Below are positions 37,779 to 48,173 of a stretch of 64,000 nt of DNA, piece by piece. The notes beneath the pieces are model-generated. The model made no database searches and was not told the DNA's origin. It worked only from the letters and a program-made list of their open reading frames with translations. Each line of letters starts with the position of its first letter. The first letter of the stretch is position 1. The position numbers and the translations under genes are program-made. This stretch comes from a virus: positions 1-64,000 of IMG/VR virus record IMGVR_UViG_3300002026_000015; one strand, 5' to 3'.

Positions 37779-39590
37779 TTATCTAATGATATAGATAAGT
37801 TCCGCATTTGTAAGGTCTTTAAGAACTGCAGCAACTTTTGTTGCAGTTTCACCAGAAAGAACGTTATCTGAAAAATCTTTATTTGAAATTACATCAAATA
37901 TCGACCGAGGATCTACTTCAGTTTTATCCGAGATAGTCCCATCAATAAGATTGAGTTTACGAAGTTTTTCAAAATCGATATCAGTCTTATTGTTTTCAAG
38001 ATACATTACCATTTCACGATCTTTGATAGCCCCAATCGTTACAAGATATGGAAGTTTACCAACAGTATACGCATTGACAGCATCTTCGATAGATTCAAAA
38101 TGGAAACCATCAGTTCCAAGTCTTTCAGTTTTACGATAGAAGTTTGACAAACTTTCATCTTCACCTTTGACGAACGAGAACTCATACGCTTCACAATATC
38201 TTGCATTGAACTGGGTAAGGATTTCTCTCACTTTTTCGTAAGCCATAGACCATTTCAAAGAGTTGATATTACGCACTTCTTTACGAGTAGTTCCTCTTGA
38301 AATCTCAACTTCTACACACAAATCATCAACTCCGACAATTTTAAGAGGAGTTGCGAGATTTGACCAGAACTTATACGCATTTGAAATAAGTCTTTCAATG
38401 TATTTGAGCATGTAGAAATCTTTAACAAACTTCTCACTGTTAGATTCTTTAAGGTTTCTACCAATAAGAATCGCTTTCTTGATAGCTCTTTCATACGCAT
38501 GACAGTCCACAACCGAACGATATTCCTTAAGATTTGCCCAATCAAGATTGATTTCTTCTTCAGGATTTGAAACGTCAAGTCTTGTATTCAGGTAAGATTT
38601 ATACGGTTTACTACCATAAATAAATTTTACATACATTTTACGGAGGTCATATGGATGATCTCCTACGTACAAAGGACTTGCAGGTCTATGAAGTTCACGA
38701 ACCATAAGCATTGCGGCACTATTCATATCATATTTTTCATCAATGATATCGTCATAAATTGACTCAGGAGTCTCTTTATACTCAGTGTTGAATAGATCCT
38801 GGACAGCTTTACCGATTGAATAGAATACATTATGGAAACGGTTGTCGAATGTTTTACCAATTGAAACTTCAAGATGAGAGATAATTGAGTAATACATGTC
38901 GGCAAATTTACCAAATGCAGAGAATTTATTTGCATCCGGGATGATTTTTTCAATTTCAGACAGAAGTTTCTTTCCATCTTTATTTGAACTATCTTCACCG
39001 TATTCAAAGAACTCTTTAAAAGCGGTATCTTCCATATTATTCATCGCAAAACCGAGCATTACATAATACAATGCTGTCGCCATAATAGGGAAAAGCTCCG
39101 CATGATTACACGAACGGATATCATTCTCGAAGTATGGTGTAACGAAAAGTACTGGAGATACCGTATCATCGATTTGATCTTTAGCAAAGTCTTTAGATAC
39201 TTTTGCGTTAAGGCTATATGCGATATCGTTGAGATATGACATAATCCCTTTGATTTCACCGATAGTTACAGCATCATATTTGTCAACTTCAACTCCAATA
39301 AACCCTGCAACAAGGTTTGTAAGAATCAAACGACCAGTATTGTAGAAGATTATAGAGTGATCTTCTTTGTAGTTTGTGATCTTATCATCAGATTTAGTAT
39401 GAATGATTTCACTGATTTTACGGACACGATCCACATTCCAGAATTCATAGATTTTAAAATCTTTGTGCATAGGTCTCTCAGGATCATAGCCGAATTCTTC
39501 ATGAAACCTTGTATACATGAATGCCGTAGCTATATCAAGAGGCTTATCGAATCCAAGTTTAGATCCATCCATTGAATCAAATCTTGACAT
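37779..39590 (-). CDS. late hypothetical protein, probable virion component
   Basis: 603 aa; AACA-TAGTAA-TG at 39625-39636; first gene of the capsid operon. Confidence 0.7.
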   Translation of the reverse strand: MSRFDSMDGSKLGFDKPLDIATAFMYTRFHEEFGYDPERPMHKDFKIYEFWNVDRVRKISEIIHTKSDDKITNYKEDHSIIFYNTGRLILTNLVAGFIGVEVDKYDAVTIGEIKGIMSYLNDIAYSLNAKVSKDFAKDQIDDTVSPVLFVTPYFENDIRSCNHAELFPIMATALYYVMLGFAMNNMEDTAFKEFFEYGEDSSNKDGKKLLSEIEKIIPDANKFSAFGKFADMYYSIISHLEVSIGKTFDNRFHNVFYSIGKAVQDLFNTEYKETPESIYDDIIDEKYDMNSAAMLMVRELHRPASPLYVGDHPYDLRKMYVKFIYGSKPYKSYLNTRLDVSNPEEEINLDWANLKEYRSVVDCHAYERAIKKAILIGRNLKESNSEKFVKDFYMLKYIERLISNAYKFWSNLATPLKIVGVDDLCVEVEISRGTTRKEVRNINSLKWSMAYEKVREILTQFNARYCEAYEFSFVKGEDESLSNFYRKTERLGTDGFHFESIEDAVNAYTVGKLPYLVTIGAIKDREMVMYLENNKTDIDFEKLRKLNLIDGTISDKTEVDPRSIFDVISNKDFSDNVLSGETATKVAAVLKDLTNAELIYIIR

Positions 39591-39624
39591 AACACTCTCC
39601 CATATAAAAGTAAGTTTATTAACA

Positions 39625-39670
39625 CATTACTATGTTTTAGTCGATTAGACTATTGTTGAACATTCTATTG
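39625..39670. promoter_or_regulatory. back-to-back late promoters
   Basis: AACA-TAGTAA-TG (minus, 39625-39636) and AACA-TTCTAT-TG (plus, 39659-39670). Confidence 0.65.
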
Positions 39671-39720
39671 TAAATAATCATACCGTATTGGTATAAAAAT
39701 TCAAAAAAATGGAGAGTAAA

Positions 39721-40590
39721 ATGGCAACTGCGACACCGCTTCTAGACCTTAGAAAGCCAGTTCTCCTTACAATGGAAAGTTTCGCTCACCTTAAAATGGC
39801 CGACCTTGTAAGTGATGATGGTTCAGTGTTCGATATGTGTCTTATCAATTGCGATATTATCTCACGAAATCGCACAATGTATCCTCTTGAAGATATCGTA
39901 AATTCTATGAATGACCGTCGTGTTCAGGAAAGAATTGAAAATAAATGCTTCTATGGAGAAGCTGAACACCCATGCTCTGATACAGAAGAACCTCTTCCAC
40001 TCAAACGTATGATGCGCGTTGAACCATCTCGTTGGGTATGGAGAATTGACAACTGGAGAGTTCAAGGTTCTGACATTATGGGAACTGTTACATGGGCTGG
40101 TAAATACGGTGAAATGTATCAGAAAGAACTTCTCAGAGGTACGAACTTTGCAGCATCTATCCGTGCATATACTCCAAACTATGTGGAAAAAGATGATGCG
40201 AACGGTAAATATGTTATCAAAAAACATCTTATGTTTATTGCTTCATATGACTGTGTAACGGTTCCTGGTCTCGAAGGTGCTCGTATCATGAATCCTGGAA
40301 AATACGCTTCTCTTACAAGAAATGACAAACTTACCGTTAGACAGTATGGTGACAAACTTGTAAAATCGAATGAAGCATTCTCTGAAATCGCATATAGCAA
40401 TGTAATTGCCGAACTTCGCGATATGATGACTTCTCAGGAATCTGCTAAAATGGTTTCAGATATGTTTGGAATTGATGCAGCTAATGCAGACATGTTCCTT
40501 CGTTCAGATAACGTTCTTTCCGTAAGATCTTCTGAAGGTCAGTTGCTTGATCTTCCACTCTCGAGAACACTCCTTAGTACAATCCTCTAG
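39721..40590 (+). CDS. prohead (head maturation) protease, T4 gp21/phiKZ gp175-like
   Basis: NRTMY, YGEAEHP (His), ASIRA (Ser) and YDCV.VPG..GA (Asp) motifs. Confidence 0.85.
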   Translation: MATATPLLDLRKPVLLTMESFAHLKMADLVSDDGSVFDMCLINCDIISRNRTMYPLEDIVNSMNDRRVQERIENKCFYGEAEHPCSDTEEPLPLKRMMRVEPSRWVWRIDNWRVQGSDIMGTVTWAGKYGEMYQKELLRGTNFAASIRAYTPNYVEKDDANGKYVIKKHLMFIASYDCVTVPGLEGARIMNPGKYASLTRNDKLTVRQYGDKLVKSNEAFSEIAYSNVIAELRDMMTSQESAKMVSDMFGIDAANADMFLRSDNVLSVRSSEGQLLDLPLSRTLLSTIL

Positions 40591-40599
40591 GAGGCATAG

Positions 40600-41331
40600 A
40601 TGCTATCAATGCAAATTCTCGTTGCAAGAATGAGAAGAAGATTGCCAAAACCGGTATTTAATGCGGTTGATTTAGATTTCTTTATGGATATCTTATTTGG
40701 AGAAACTCTTGCGGCGATGTCAGCATATTATCCTAGAGTTGTTAAGGGTATACGAGTTACTAGTAATATGGCACTACCGGTAACAGATAGTGATAATTTA
40801 CTGAATTTATCATCTAAATACATCATTCCGATGGTAGATGATTTATATCCGTATACCGCTATCTCTGAGTTCCTCTATCCAAGAAACTTCTTGGGTGGAG
40901 GAACCTTTAGTAATCCTGGAGTAATTGATGCTGTAATATCTACTGTAACAAGTTCTATGAATAGAGCTGAAGTTCGTTTCACTGGAAACTTTGAAGGTCC
41001 AAATATAATTGAAGTTGTTCCGGCACCTAGAGTTCACCAAGATTTCAATGTTTCTCTTTACAGAGTCCCCAGACTCTCCGAGATAAGAACCGGTTATCAT
41101 GAAAACTTTATAAAGTTATTTGAAGCTGATTGTAAGATTGCCCTTTATTATAAATTTTATCAACTTGAAGGTGGCGGCACTTTTGGCGGTATAGAACTCA
41201 AAGATTTTGTCTCAGATTTCAAAGATTATGAAAGTAAACGCGACGATCTTCTCGAAATGTTCGAGAAGGATTATTTCAAAGATCCTGATCGATATGAGGA
41301 AATCTGGAATTATTCAAATTTGAAAGCTTAG
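40600..41331 (+). CDS. probable head-completion/neck protein
   Basis: follows the protease; size and L.EADCK..LY...G.IELK pattern resemble jumbo-phage neck proteins (from memory). Confidence 0.5.
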   Translation: MLSMQILVARMRRRLPKPVFNAVDLDFFMDILFGETLAAMSAYYPRVVKGIRVTSNMALPVTDSDNLLNLSSKYIIPMVDDLYPYTAISEFLYPRNFLGGGTFSNPGVIDAVISTVTSSMNRAEVRFTGNFEGPNIIEVVPAPRVHQDFNVSLYRVPRLSEIRTGYHENFIKLFEADCKIALYYKFYQLEGGGTFGGIELKDFVSDFKDYESKRDDLLEMFEKDYFKDPDRYEEIWNYSNLKA

Positions 41332-41344
41332 AACCATAGAAAAA

Positions 41345-41374
41345 AATAGTAAGGGGATTTCTCCCCTTACTATT
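41345..41374. terminator. bidirectional terminator
   Basis: AATAGTAAGGGGA-tttc-TCCCCTTACTATT. Confidence 0.8.
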
Positions 41375-41391
41375 TAATTCATTATAAGTAT

Positions 41392-42246
41392 TCATTTATC
41401 TGCGAATTCCCATTTAAACCCACCTGCAGTATTAAAATGTCTAACATTATTACAGCATTTTGAAATAGATGTATTATCTATACCTGTAGCATTAAATGCG
41501 TCATATGATGATTTAAATGTATTAACAACTTCTCCAGTATCTTTGCAGAGTTGATTAACTCTGTAACTCCTACGCTCTATAGCTGTACCATGGTTTACAT
41601 TATGGGTTTGAGTACACCATTCTAAATTCCAGTAATTATTATCATCCTTTATTTCATTTATATGATTAATAATATTATTTATTTCATTATATCCATTGAC
41701 AAAATATTTTCCGACTAGACGATGAACCTTCAGTGTAGTAGTTAAAATATCAATATTTTGGTAACCCTTATTGTTACAATAAGGTTTCAATAATTTCCAG
41801 GAATTAAAATATTTACGTTTAATTCTCCCAAAGTTGGATATATAATAATCTCCATCATGATCGTCGATATGATGCCATATTTCATTTTCAAATAACCCGG
41901 TATAAGGATTTACCTTAATCAAATCAATAACTTGTAGAACTTCAACCTCAGTATCTAAGCACCAGACTTTAACTCCGACAGTTGCTAACTGTATAGGTCC
42001 GTATAGAGATCCTTTCATAAATTGATTTCCAAAAATATCAGTAATAAGCACGTTCTCCAAGTATCGGTAATAGAATCCTTTAACTAAAGATGTTCCATTA
42101 CAAGAAATCCTGATATTTCCGGGAGATCCTCCAGAATCTTCAGACGCTCTTACAGATGAATCGAATATCCCTACTACAAATCCGTCATTAGGATCAATCT
42201 TAACAACGGGTCTCACAAGTTTCATAATATCCTCACATTCATACAT
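41392..42246 (-). mobile_element. free-standing HNH homing endonuclease (NUMOD1-NUMOD4-HNH-NUMOD1)
   Basis: EIW..I....Y.ISNFGRIK, VHRLV, INHINEIKDDN...NLEWCT...N..H, TAGGFKWEF. Confidence 0.92.
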
Positions 42247-42296
42247 GTTTATAACTCCCTAAATATTATATATAAACAAAGGATTATATTGAAAAA

Positions 42297-42328
42297 AAAT
42301 GTTAGAGGGATTTCTCCCTCTAACATTT
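42297..42328 (-). terminator. intrinsic terminator
   Basis: AAATGTTAGAGGGA-tttc-TCCCTCTAACATTT, with an A tract on + (U tract on -). Confidence 0.8.
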
Positions 42329-42334
42329 ACGATA

Positions 42335-42703
42335 CTAAGCAGCTTTTTTGGAAGCTTTGATTTCAGAAGCCGAAGGTACTTCAGAGAAATCAACGAGATA
42401 GTTGATAGCATCAGACAGGAATACAGGCCATGCAAATGCCCCGATGTAGTGGCTTGGAGCATTGTATTCAACGCCATCAGAACCGTTTACGCGTTTTTCT
42501 TCTTCAACCCATTCAAAACCAAATGTACCGAAGAGAGTTTGGAATTCGACAGATTTCGCAGAAGCATCAGCCTGTTCATGGCACATTTCAACAAGTGTTT
42601 CTTTGTATTTACTGAATACGTTTGCTGCATCACTTGATGGCACGCCGAATTTTTCTTCGAGTTTTGCAAGTTGTTCTTCGAAAGAGATTGTAACTTTAGA
42701 CAT
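42335..42703 (-). CDS. acidic HU/IHF-fold protein
   Basis: Two N-terminal helices, then V....FGTF......R.N...G.E...P......F.....L.DAIN, collinear with HU; GGAGG RBS; early promoter near 42770-42787. Confidence 0.65.
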   Translation of the reverse strand: MSKVTISFEEQLAKLEEKFGVPSSDAANVFSKYKETLVEMCHEQADASAKSVEFQTLFGTFGFEWVEEEKRVNGSDGVEYNAPSHYIGAFAWPVFLSDAINYLVDFSEVPSASEIKASKKAA

Positions 42704-42874
42704 AGAATGTCCCTCCAAATAGATTTTGTTAAAAATACCAGACTGATAAATGATATACTTTACCATGTATCATCTTTAAATATATAATCAAACTGCAGGT
42801 TTGAATTATTTATTTCGAGCACTATAATATCCCTAGCAATATAAAAAAAGAGCGAGTAATCGCTCTTCTTCTCC

Positions 42875-43111
42875 CTACGCCTTATTAGAGGGATGTTTGA
42901 GTTCAAAATACATCACGATAGGCCATATAAGAATGTTTACCAATGACAGAAACAGTGATACTGCAACGGTTGCTCCAAACATATATCCAGCACGTGACGC
43001 ACCAGAATATAGTTTACGAGTCTGATCCGACATCTTCGGGAGAAGTTTCCAAAGACCTACGACAGTAGTGGCAAATGCGGCGATGATCCAAAAGTCTCCA
43101 AAATTTTCCAT
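42875..43111 (-). CDS. small 2-TM membrane protein
   Basis: two hydrophobic helices. Confidence 0.7.
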   Translation of the reverse strand: MENFGDFWIIAAFATTVVGLWKLLPKMSDQTRKLYSGASRAGYMFGATVAVSLFLSLVNILIWPIVMYFELKHPSNKA

Positions 43112-43294
43112 TTAGTCCTTCTTTCGTTCAACAACTTCATATTTTTTAGTTACAACGATATCTTTATCTTTACCCTTTATAAATGGTTCGATCCAAATAA
43201 CTTTACGTTCTTTGTGACCAATTCCATGGATGGTTTTCAACTTTTTGATAGAACCGGAAAGTTTTCCAATGTCAATGGTGTCTATATAAGGCAT
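43112..43294 (-). CDS. small basic hypothetical protein
   Basis: GAGG RBS; early promoter near 43342-43360. Confidence 0.6.
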   Translation of the reverse strand: MPYIDTIDIGKLSGSIKKLKTIHGIGHKERKVIWIEPFIKGKDKDIVVTKKYEVVERKKD

Positions 43295-43384
43295 AAATCC
43301 CTCATTGTCTAATAATAGATTTAGTGTTCACTTAACACTATACTCATTACTAAATATATACTTGAATTAAATTTTAAAAAATTA

Positions 43385-43411
43385 ATAGTAGGGGATTTCT
43401 CCCCTACTATA
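43385..43411 (-). terminator. terminator hairpin
   Basis: ATAGTAGGGGA-tttc-TCCCCTACTAT. Confidence 0.7.
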
Positions 43412-43414
43412 TAA

Positions 43415-44668
43415 TTATCTCCAAAATCGTTCGAAACTATAAACGTTGATTTCATTCCCAGTTGCAAACTGTATAAATTCATTGTCATCAAGTATATCTA
43501 ATTCCTCAGATAACTTAAAATCTTTTTCAATGTCATTTTTAAACGGAATGTATTTAGACTCATACAATTGAGCAGCAATCACATGACCTACAGCATATGC
43601 AGGGAAATAACCTATATGTGCATGTGTCCAATGTACATCTTGGAACAATGATGTATCATGTCCAAGAATAGTCATAGATATATCTGTAAGGAGTTTCTGA
43701 GGATCTTGTTCAGGATTATCCATCATACTCTTTTCAAATTCATATCTTACAGAAACGTGTTCATTGTAGAAATGAGGAGAATTAAATATTCTACGTTCAT
43801 GTTTTATAGGATTATTATAATCGCTATACTTACACTGACCACTATTTGGGTAGATATAAAACTGATTAAGGAATGCATGAGCTTCATCCATTGCAACAGA
43901 AACGATATCCATACAATGAATCTTATTATCAGTTATATGATTTCTAAGAGTCTCCCTCAACATGAGGTGTCCAAATTCATGCTGAATAGATTGAATGGTT
44001 TTAATCCCATCAGTCTCATTGAATTTTGTACACATTGCGGGATGATACTGAGCATTTACATTACCTTTATATTTATCCATAAGATATCCGCAGAAGTTAC
44101 CTTCTCCAGAAGCAGAATATCGTTTTACCCCATTGGACCAAAAAGTATTCTTCTCAAGAACCATTTTACGATATTCATCGATTGATATGATTGTAGATCG
44201 TTCTAATGGTTTTGCGGAACTCTTAAAAGTCTTAAAGAATTCCATAACTTCATGAACTTTAGACATGTCATCGCCAGAGATAACCCCTTGACGTCTCATC
44301 ATGTCATCATAAGTAAATCCTTCAGATTTATAGTGTCTAAAGAGTTTCTTTATCTGATCCTCATAGATTTCGAGGTTCTTGGAATCAAAAGCTTGTTGAA
44401 GTTCTACTTCATAAGGGTAACTTGAAACATATCCTTCAAGTTCTTTCTTAAGCATTCTAGAATTCTTATCGTCTGAAAAACTCAAATCCTCCAACAATAT
44501 TTTAGAAATATATTTGAGTAAATCGAGAAATTTCTCAGTATTATGATCAATTTCCCCATGAACCTTAGATAAAAAATCTGAATTTAGATAATTAGCTCTA
44601 GTTTTGTTAAACAATTCGATATTTGTTTCAATAGTTTCAAGTCTGTCAACAAATGGTAAATTTTCCAT
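43415..44668 (-). CDS. M32 (carboxypeptidase Taq-like) metallocarboxypeptidase
   Basis: HP, HEFGH (HEXXH), MDEAH (third ligand), H..VRYEFEK, QDVHW and GYFP.YA.G motifs. Confidence 0.85.
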   Translation of the reverse strand: MENLPFVDRLETIETNIELFNKTRANYLNSDFLSKVHGEIDHNTEKFLDLLKYISKILLEDLSFSDDKNSRMLKKELEGYVSSYPYEVELQQAFDSKNLEIYEDQIKKLFRHYKSEGFTYDDMMRRQGVISGDDMSKVHEVMEFFKTFKSSAKPLERSTIISIDEYRKMVLEKNTFWSNGVKRYSASGEGNFCGYLMDKYKGNVNAQYHPAMCTKFNETDGIKTIQSIQHEFGHLMLRETLRNHITDNKIHCMDIVSVAMDEAHAFLNQFYIYPNSGQCKYSDYNNPIKHERRIFNSPHFYNEHVSVRYEFEKSMMDNPEQDPQKLLTDISMTILGHDTSLFQDVHWTHAHIGYFPAYAVGHVIAAQLYESKYIPFKNDIEKDFKLSEELDILDDNEFIQFATGNEINVYSFERFWR

Positions 44669-44807
44669 TGTATTCTCCAATTATTAATATTACGATATAT
44701 TGTACAATGATTTATCAAAATAGATTATAGATATATATTTAATTATGACAGAGGTATTACAATGGTCGTAATACATCAATAATTTATTAAAAGAAAGAGG
44801 CTCAATT

Positions 44808-45287
44808 ATGAGTACTTTGATCACCTATATTACTGCTGCAATCGCCGCTCTTCAGGAATCAAACGAAGGAATTACACCAGGAGTACAGATCAGTTCTACT
44901 GGTAAACGGATTACAATCGAAATCGATTTTACAACCCCAGAAGACACAATTAACTCTGAAAAGACGAATGCCGAAATCGCCGCTGCACAGGCGAAAGCAG
45001 TGATTGCAAGTATGCCTTTTCCTCCTAACCCAATGTCGATGATGATGGGTGGAATGGGAGGATTCGGTGGAGGTTTTGGAAATGGATTTGGAGGAAATCC
45101 TTTCACAAACCCAAACCCTTCTTACCCTTCTTATGGAGAATTTCTAAAATCAATTGAAGCTTCAGATGCAGCTCGTAAAGCCGCTGAAAAGGCTCGTCAG
45201 GAATATGATGCAGAACAAGCTCGTAAAGCTAAAGCTGCAGATGAGACTATTGCTCCTGAAGATGAAGCTTCTGCTCCAATGATGTAA
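44808..45287 (+). CDS. early protein with M/G/F-rich low-complexity segment
   Basis: 159 aa; MMMGGMGGFGGGFGNGFGGNPF; early promoter near 44731; terminator 45294-45324. Confidence 0.75.
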   Translation: MSTLITYITAAIAALQESNEGITPGVQISSTGKRITIEIDFTTPEDTINSEKTNAEIAAAQAKAVIASMPFPPNPMSMMMGGMGGFGGGFGNGFGGNPFTNPNPSYPSYGEFLKSIEASDAARKAAEKARQEYDAEQARKAKAADETIAPEDEASAPMM

Positions 45288-45389
45288 TTCGGAAGAGGTG
45301 TGATTATTCACGCCTCTTTTTTTTCTAAAATGAATCATAGATATATATTAAACCATGGACACACTATTAGAGTAAACAATGGAGAATAT

Positions 45390-48158
45390 ATGTCTTATTC
45401 ATTTGAAATAGTAAGATTACGATTAGTGAACTTTGCTCACTTCTCGGATCTCGGACTAGATGATTTTGAGATAGATAGGTATGGTAGTAAAAATAATATC
45501 ATAACTATTATCGGAGCGAACGGTAGTGGTAAATCACTTCTTATAACTTCTTGGAGTCCAAGACCAAACGAGAGTACAAACAATCGCAAGAAGACCCTTA
45601 TAGTTCCAGGTAAAGAAGGTTTGAAAGAAGTTGATCTGCTAACCACGGATGAAGATGGAGATCACGGCCCTTACCTTTATAAGTGTAGAATAATCTATGG
45701 AGAAAAATCTACAAACTGTAGTATGATTCGTGTTGATAGGGAATCAGGAGAAGAAGTTGAATTGAATCCTAGCGGTTTAGTATCGGCATATGAGGAGATT
45801 CTTGAAAGTACATTCGGTATAAGTAAAAATTATAAGAATGTAGGATACTTATCTCCTGAAATAACTTCTCTTATCTCTATGACTCCAAGCGTTCGGTATG
45901 AATATATATCGACATGGTTACCGGATATCAGCCAATACATGGATGCATATAAAGCAGTGTTCAAGCGTATCAACAGCGTCAACAGACAAGTTAGAATGCT
46001 TGAAAATGATATTGGAGGAATTTCAATTGAGAAAGTTACTTCCGATAAGAAAATGCTTGAAGTTCGTCTTAAAACTGTAAATGATCGTATTGAAGAGTTT
46101 AAAGAAGTTCGTATGAGAACTTCGATAATTCTAGACGGTCTAGCGAATGTGACAGATGATTTCATTAGAAAGAATATTCAAACAATTTCTAAGAATCGTA
46201 AAACTCTCAATTCCCATTATGAAAGATTAGTTGAGCTATCTTCCGCAAGTATGAAATATCTTACAGCAGATGGTCCACAGAAGTTAATAGATGATGTTAA
46301 AGATTGTGAAAATCGTATAACGATCGTTAATTCTGAATTAGGAAATGTTTCAAGAATGATAGAAGATCAACGTATGAGACTTAAAGAAGTCGAGTATACT
46401 CTTGGAATGCTGGATGATACTGGAGATTCTCTTCCTGAAATCGGGATCATGATGGAAAGAATTGAGAAATCGATTCTTGAAGCTAATAAAGTTATTGAGA
46501 ATTATATCAATTCTTACAACTTCTTAGAAGAACTATCTGACAATTTTACGATAAACGAATTCAATATCGTTTACAATACAATCGAAACTATCATTGATAA
46601 ATGTAAACGTATTACAGATTTAGTTCCAATGGAGAAGATGGACAATCTTTCAGACTATTCAAATATCTCAGATAAAGAAACTAGTGTTGTAAATTCTAGA
46701 TTGAGAGATATTGAAGATAGAGTTAGTAAGACTCTTGAAAGAATATCTCTGTTGAAGAATAGTCCTCTAGATCCTTCAATCCTAAATAAGATTCCTGAAT
46801 GGTGCGAGAATCTTAAGTGTGGAGTTGTACTTGAAATAAAAAGATTGTTATCGCCTGATACAGAAGTTGAAAAACTTTCAGATGTACTTGATGATTTGTA
46901 TAGAAGTAAGAGCGATATCGCTGCTGAACTGGATCGTATGAGTGATGAGCATAACAATATTGCAATTGCTGTAAGTCATTCTAGTGATGTAGATCATGCG
47001 ATTATGAGAGATAAAAATTTCATAGTAATGCTTCCAAATCATATGAGAAATGTATTAAGTGAAGGGATTGTAACTATAATCTCGCATGTAAATACTTTAA
47101 CTAGAGATATGGAATCAATTAGAGAATTCATATCTTTAAGAGATCAGGTGAAGATCTATGTATCCGAACTGAAATCTCTTAAAGAAAAAGAATCTTCTCT
47201 TCGAGTTATACGAAATATGAATGGAGACATTCTTAATCTAAATAACTCAATCGACTCATTACAGATTGAAAGAAGTAAGCTTTACACTGAAGGTGAGCAA
47301 CTTCTTAAAGATCATTCTACTCTTAAGGAATTATCCGAATCAATTGGATCTATCCGAGATAGCGTAAATGAATACAATCTACAAGTTTCTAGTTTCAAAG
47401 AGACAAATGAGAAGATGAAGCTTATCTGTAAGGATTGGTATTATCGTGAAAAGATCTCAAAGTATATAAATCAGGTGGATATAAATCTTCGAAATCTGAT
47501 TATAGAAAGAGACGATTGCTCTAGAGAAATTGAATCTTTAAATAATTCTATAGTTACAAAACAATCTCTTATAGATATCCGAGATAGATTGTTGAGTACA
47601 ATAAAAGAATTGGATCTATTCCAAGATGCATGGAATCCTAAAACAGGAATCCCATCATTGTTTATAAACAATTTCCTTACACGAGTTCATGTCAAATCTA
47701 ATGAATATATGGAATCTCTAAACGGTAAAGATCTTAAAATTGAAAAATTTGAGATAGGTAAGACTGCAAGAGAGTTTCCTATAATCATTAGAAAGGATGA
47801 TTCTATAATTCCTGATGCGAATCAGTGTAGTGCTGGAGAGAAAGCTTTGTTATCATTAGCAATCTCTATGGCAGTTATAAGTGTAGCTTCCGAAAATAAA
47901 CCGTATAGAGTTTTACGTTTAGATGAGATGGATGCAACTCTTGATCATAGACGTAGAAAGTTATACATTGAAATGATTCAAGATCGTTTAAAAGAAATTG
48001 AATCTAGACAATGTTTAATCATCACTCATAGTGATGAGTTTGACGAAGTTGCAAGTGATATGATTATAATGCCAGGTGCATTTAAAAATCCTGAGTCGTT
48101 AGCTAATAAGAATGTTTTAGTTGACTTGTCTGAAATAAGTATTGACAGTTTATCTTAA
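45390..48158 (+). CDS. sbcC: SbcC/Rad50-like recombination ATPase
   Basis: GANGSGKS Walker A, long coiled coil, C....C hook-like pair, SAGE signature, LRLDEMD Walker B, ITH. Confidence 0.92.
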   Translation: MSYSFEIVRLRLVNFAHFSDLGLDDFEIDRYGSKNNIITIIGANGSGKSLLITSWSPRPNESTNNRKKTLIVPGKEGLKEVDLLTTDEDGDHGPYLYKCRIIYGEKSTNCSMIRVDRESGEEVELNPSGLVSAYEEILESTFGISKNYKNVGYLSPEITSLISMTPSVRYEYISTWLPDISQYMDAYKAVFKRINSVNRQVRMLENDIGGISIEKVTSDKKMLEVRLKTVNDRIEEFKEVRMRTSIILDGLANVTDDFIRKNIQTISKNRKTLNSHYERLVELSSASMKYLTADGPQKLIDDVKDCENRITIVNSELGNVSRMIEDQRMRLKEVEYTLGMLDDTGDSLPEIGIMMERIEKSILEANKVIENYINSYNFLEELSDNFTINEFNIVYNTIETIIDKCKRITDLVPMEKMDNLSDYSNISDKETSVVNSRLRDIEDRVSKTLERISLLKNSPLDPSILNKIPEWCENLKCGVVLEIKRLLSPDTEVEKLSDVLDDLYRSKSDIAAELDRMSDEHNNIAIAVSHSSDVDHAIMRDKNFIVMLPNHMRNVLSEGIVTIISHVNTLTRDMESIREFISLRDQVKIYVSELKSLKEKESSLRVIRNMNGDILNLNNSIDSLQIERSKLYTEGEQLLKDHSTLKELSESIGSIRDSVNEYNLQVSSFKETNEKMKLICKDWYYREKISKYINQVDINLRNLIIERDDCSREIESLNNSIVTKQSLIDIRDRLLSTIKELDLFQDAWNPKTGIPSLFINNFLTRVHVKSNEYMESLNGKDLKIEKFEIGKTAREFPIIIRKDDSIIPDANQCSAGEKALLSLAISMAVISVASENKPYRVLRLDEMDATLDHRRRKLYIEMIQDRLKEIESRQCLIITHSDEFDEVASDMIIMPGAFKNPESLANKNVLVDLSEISIDSLS

Positions 48159-48173
48159 TATCGGAGGTTTAAG

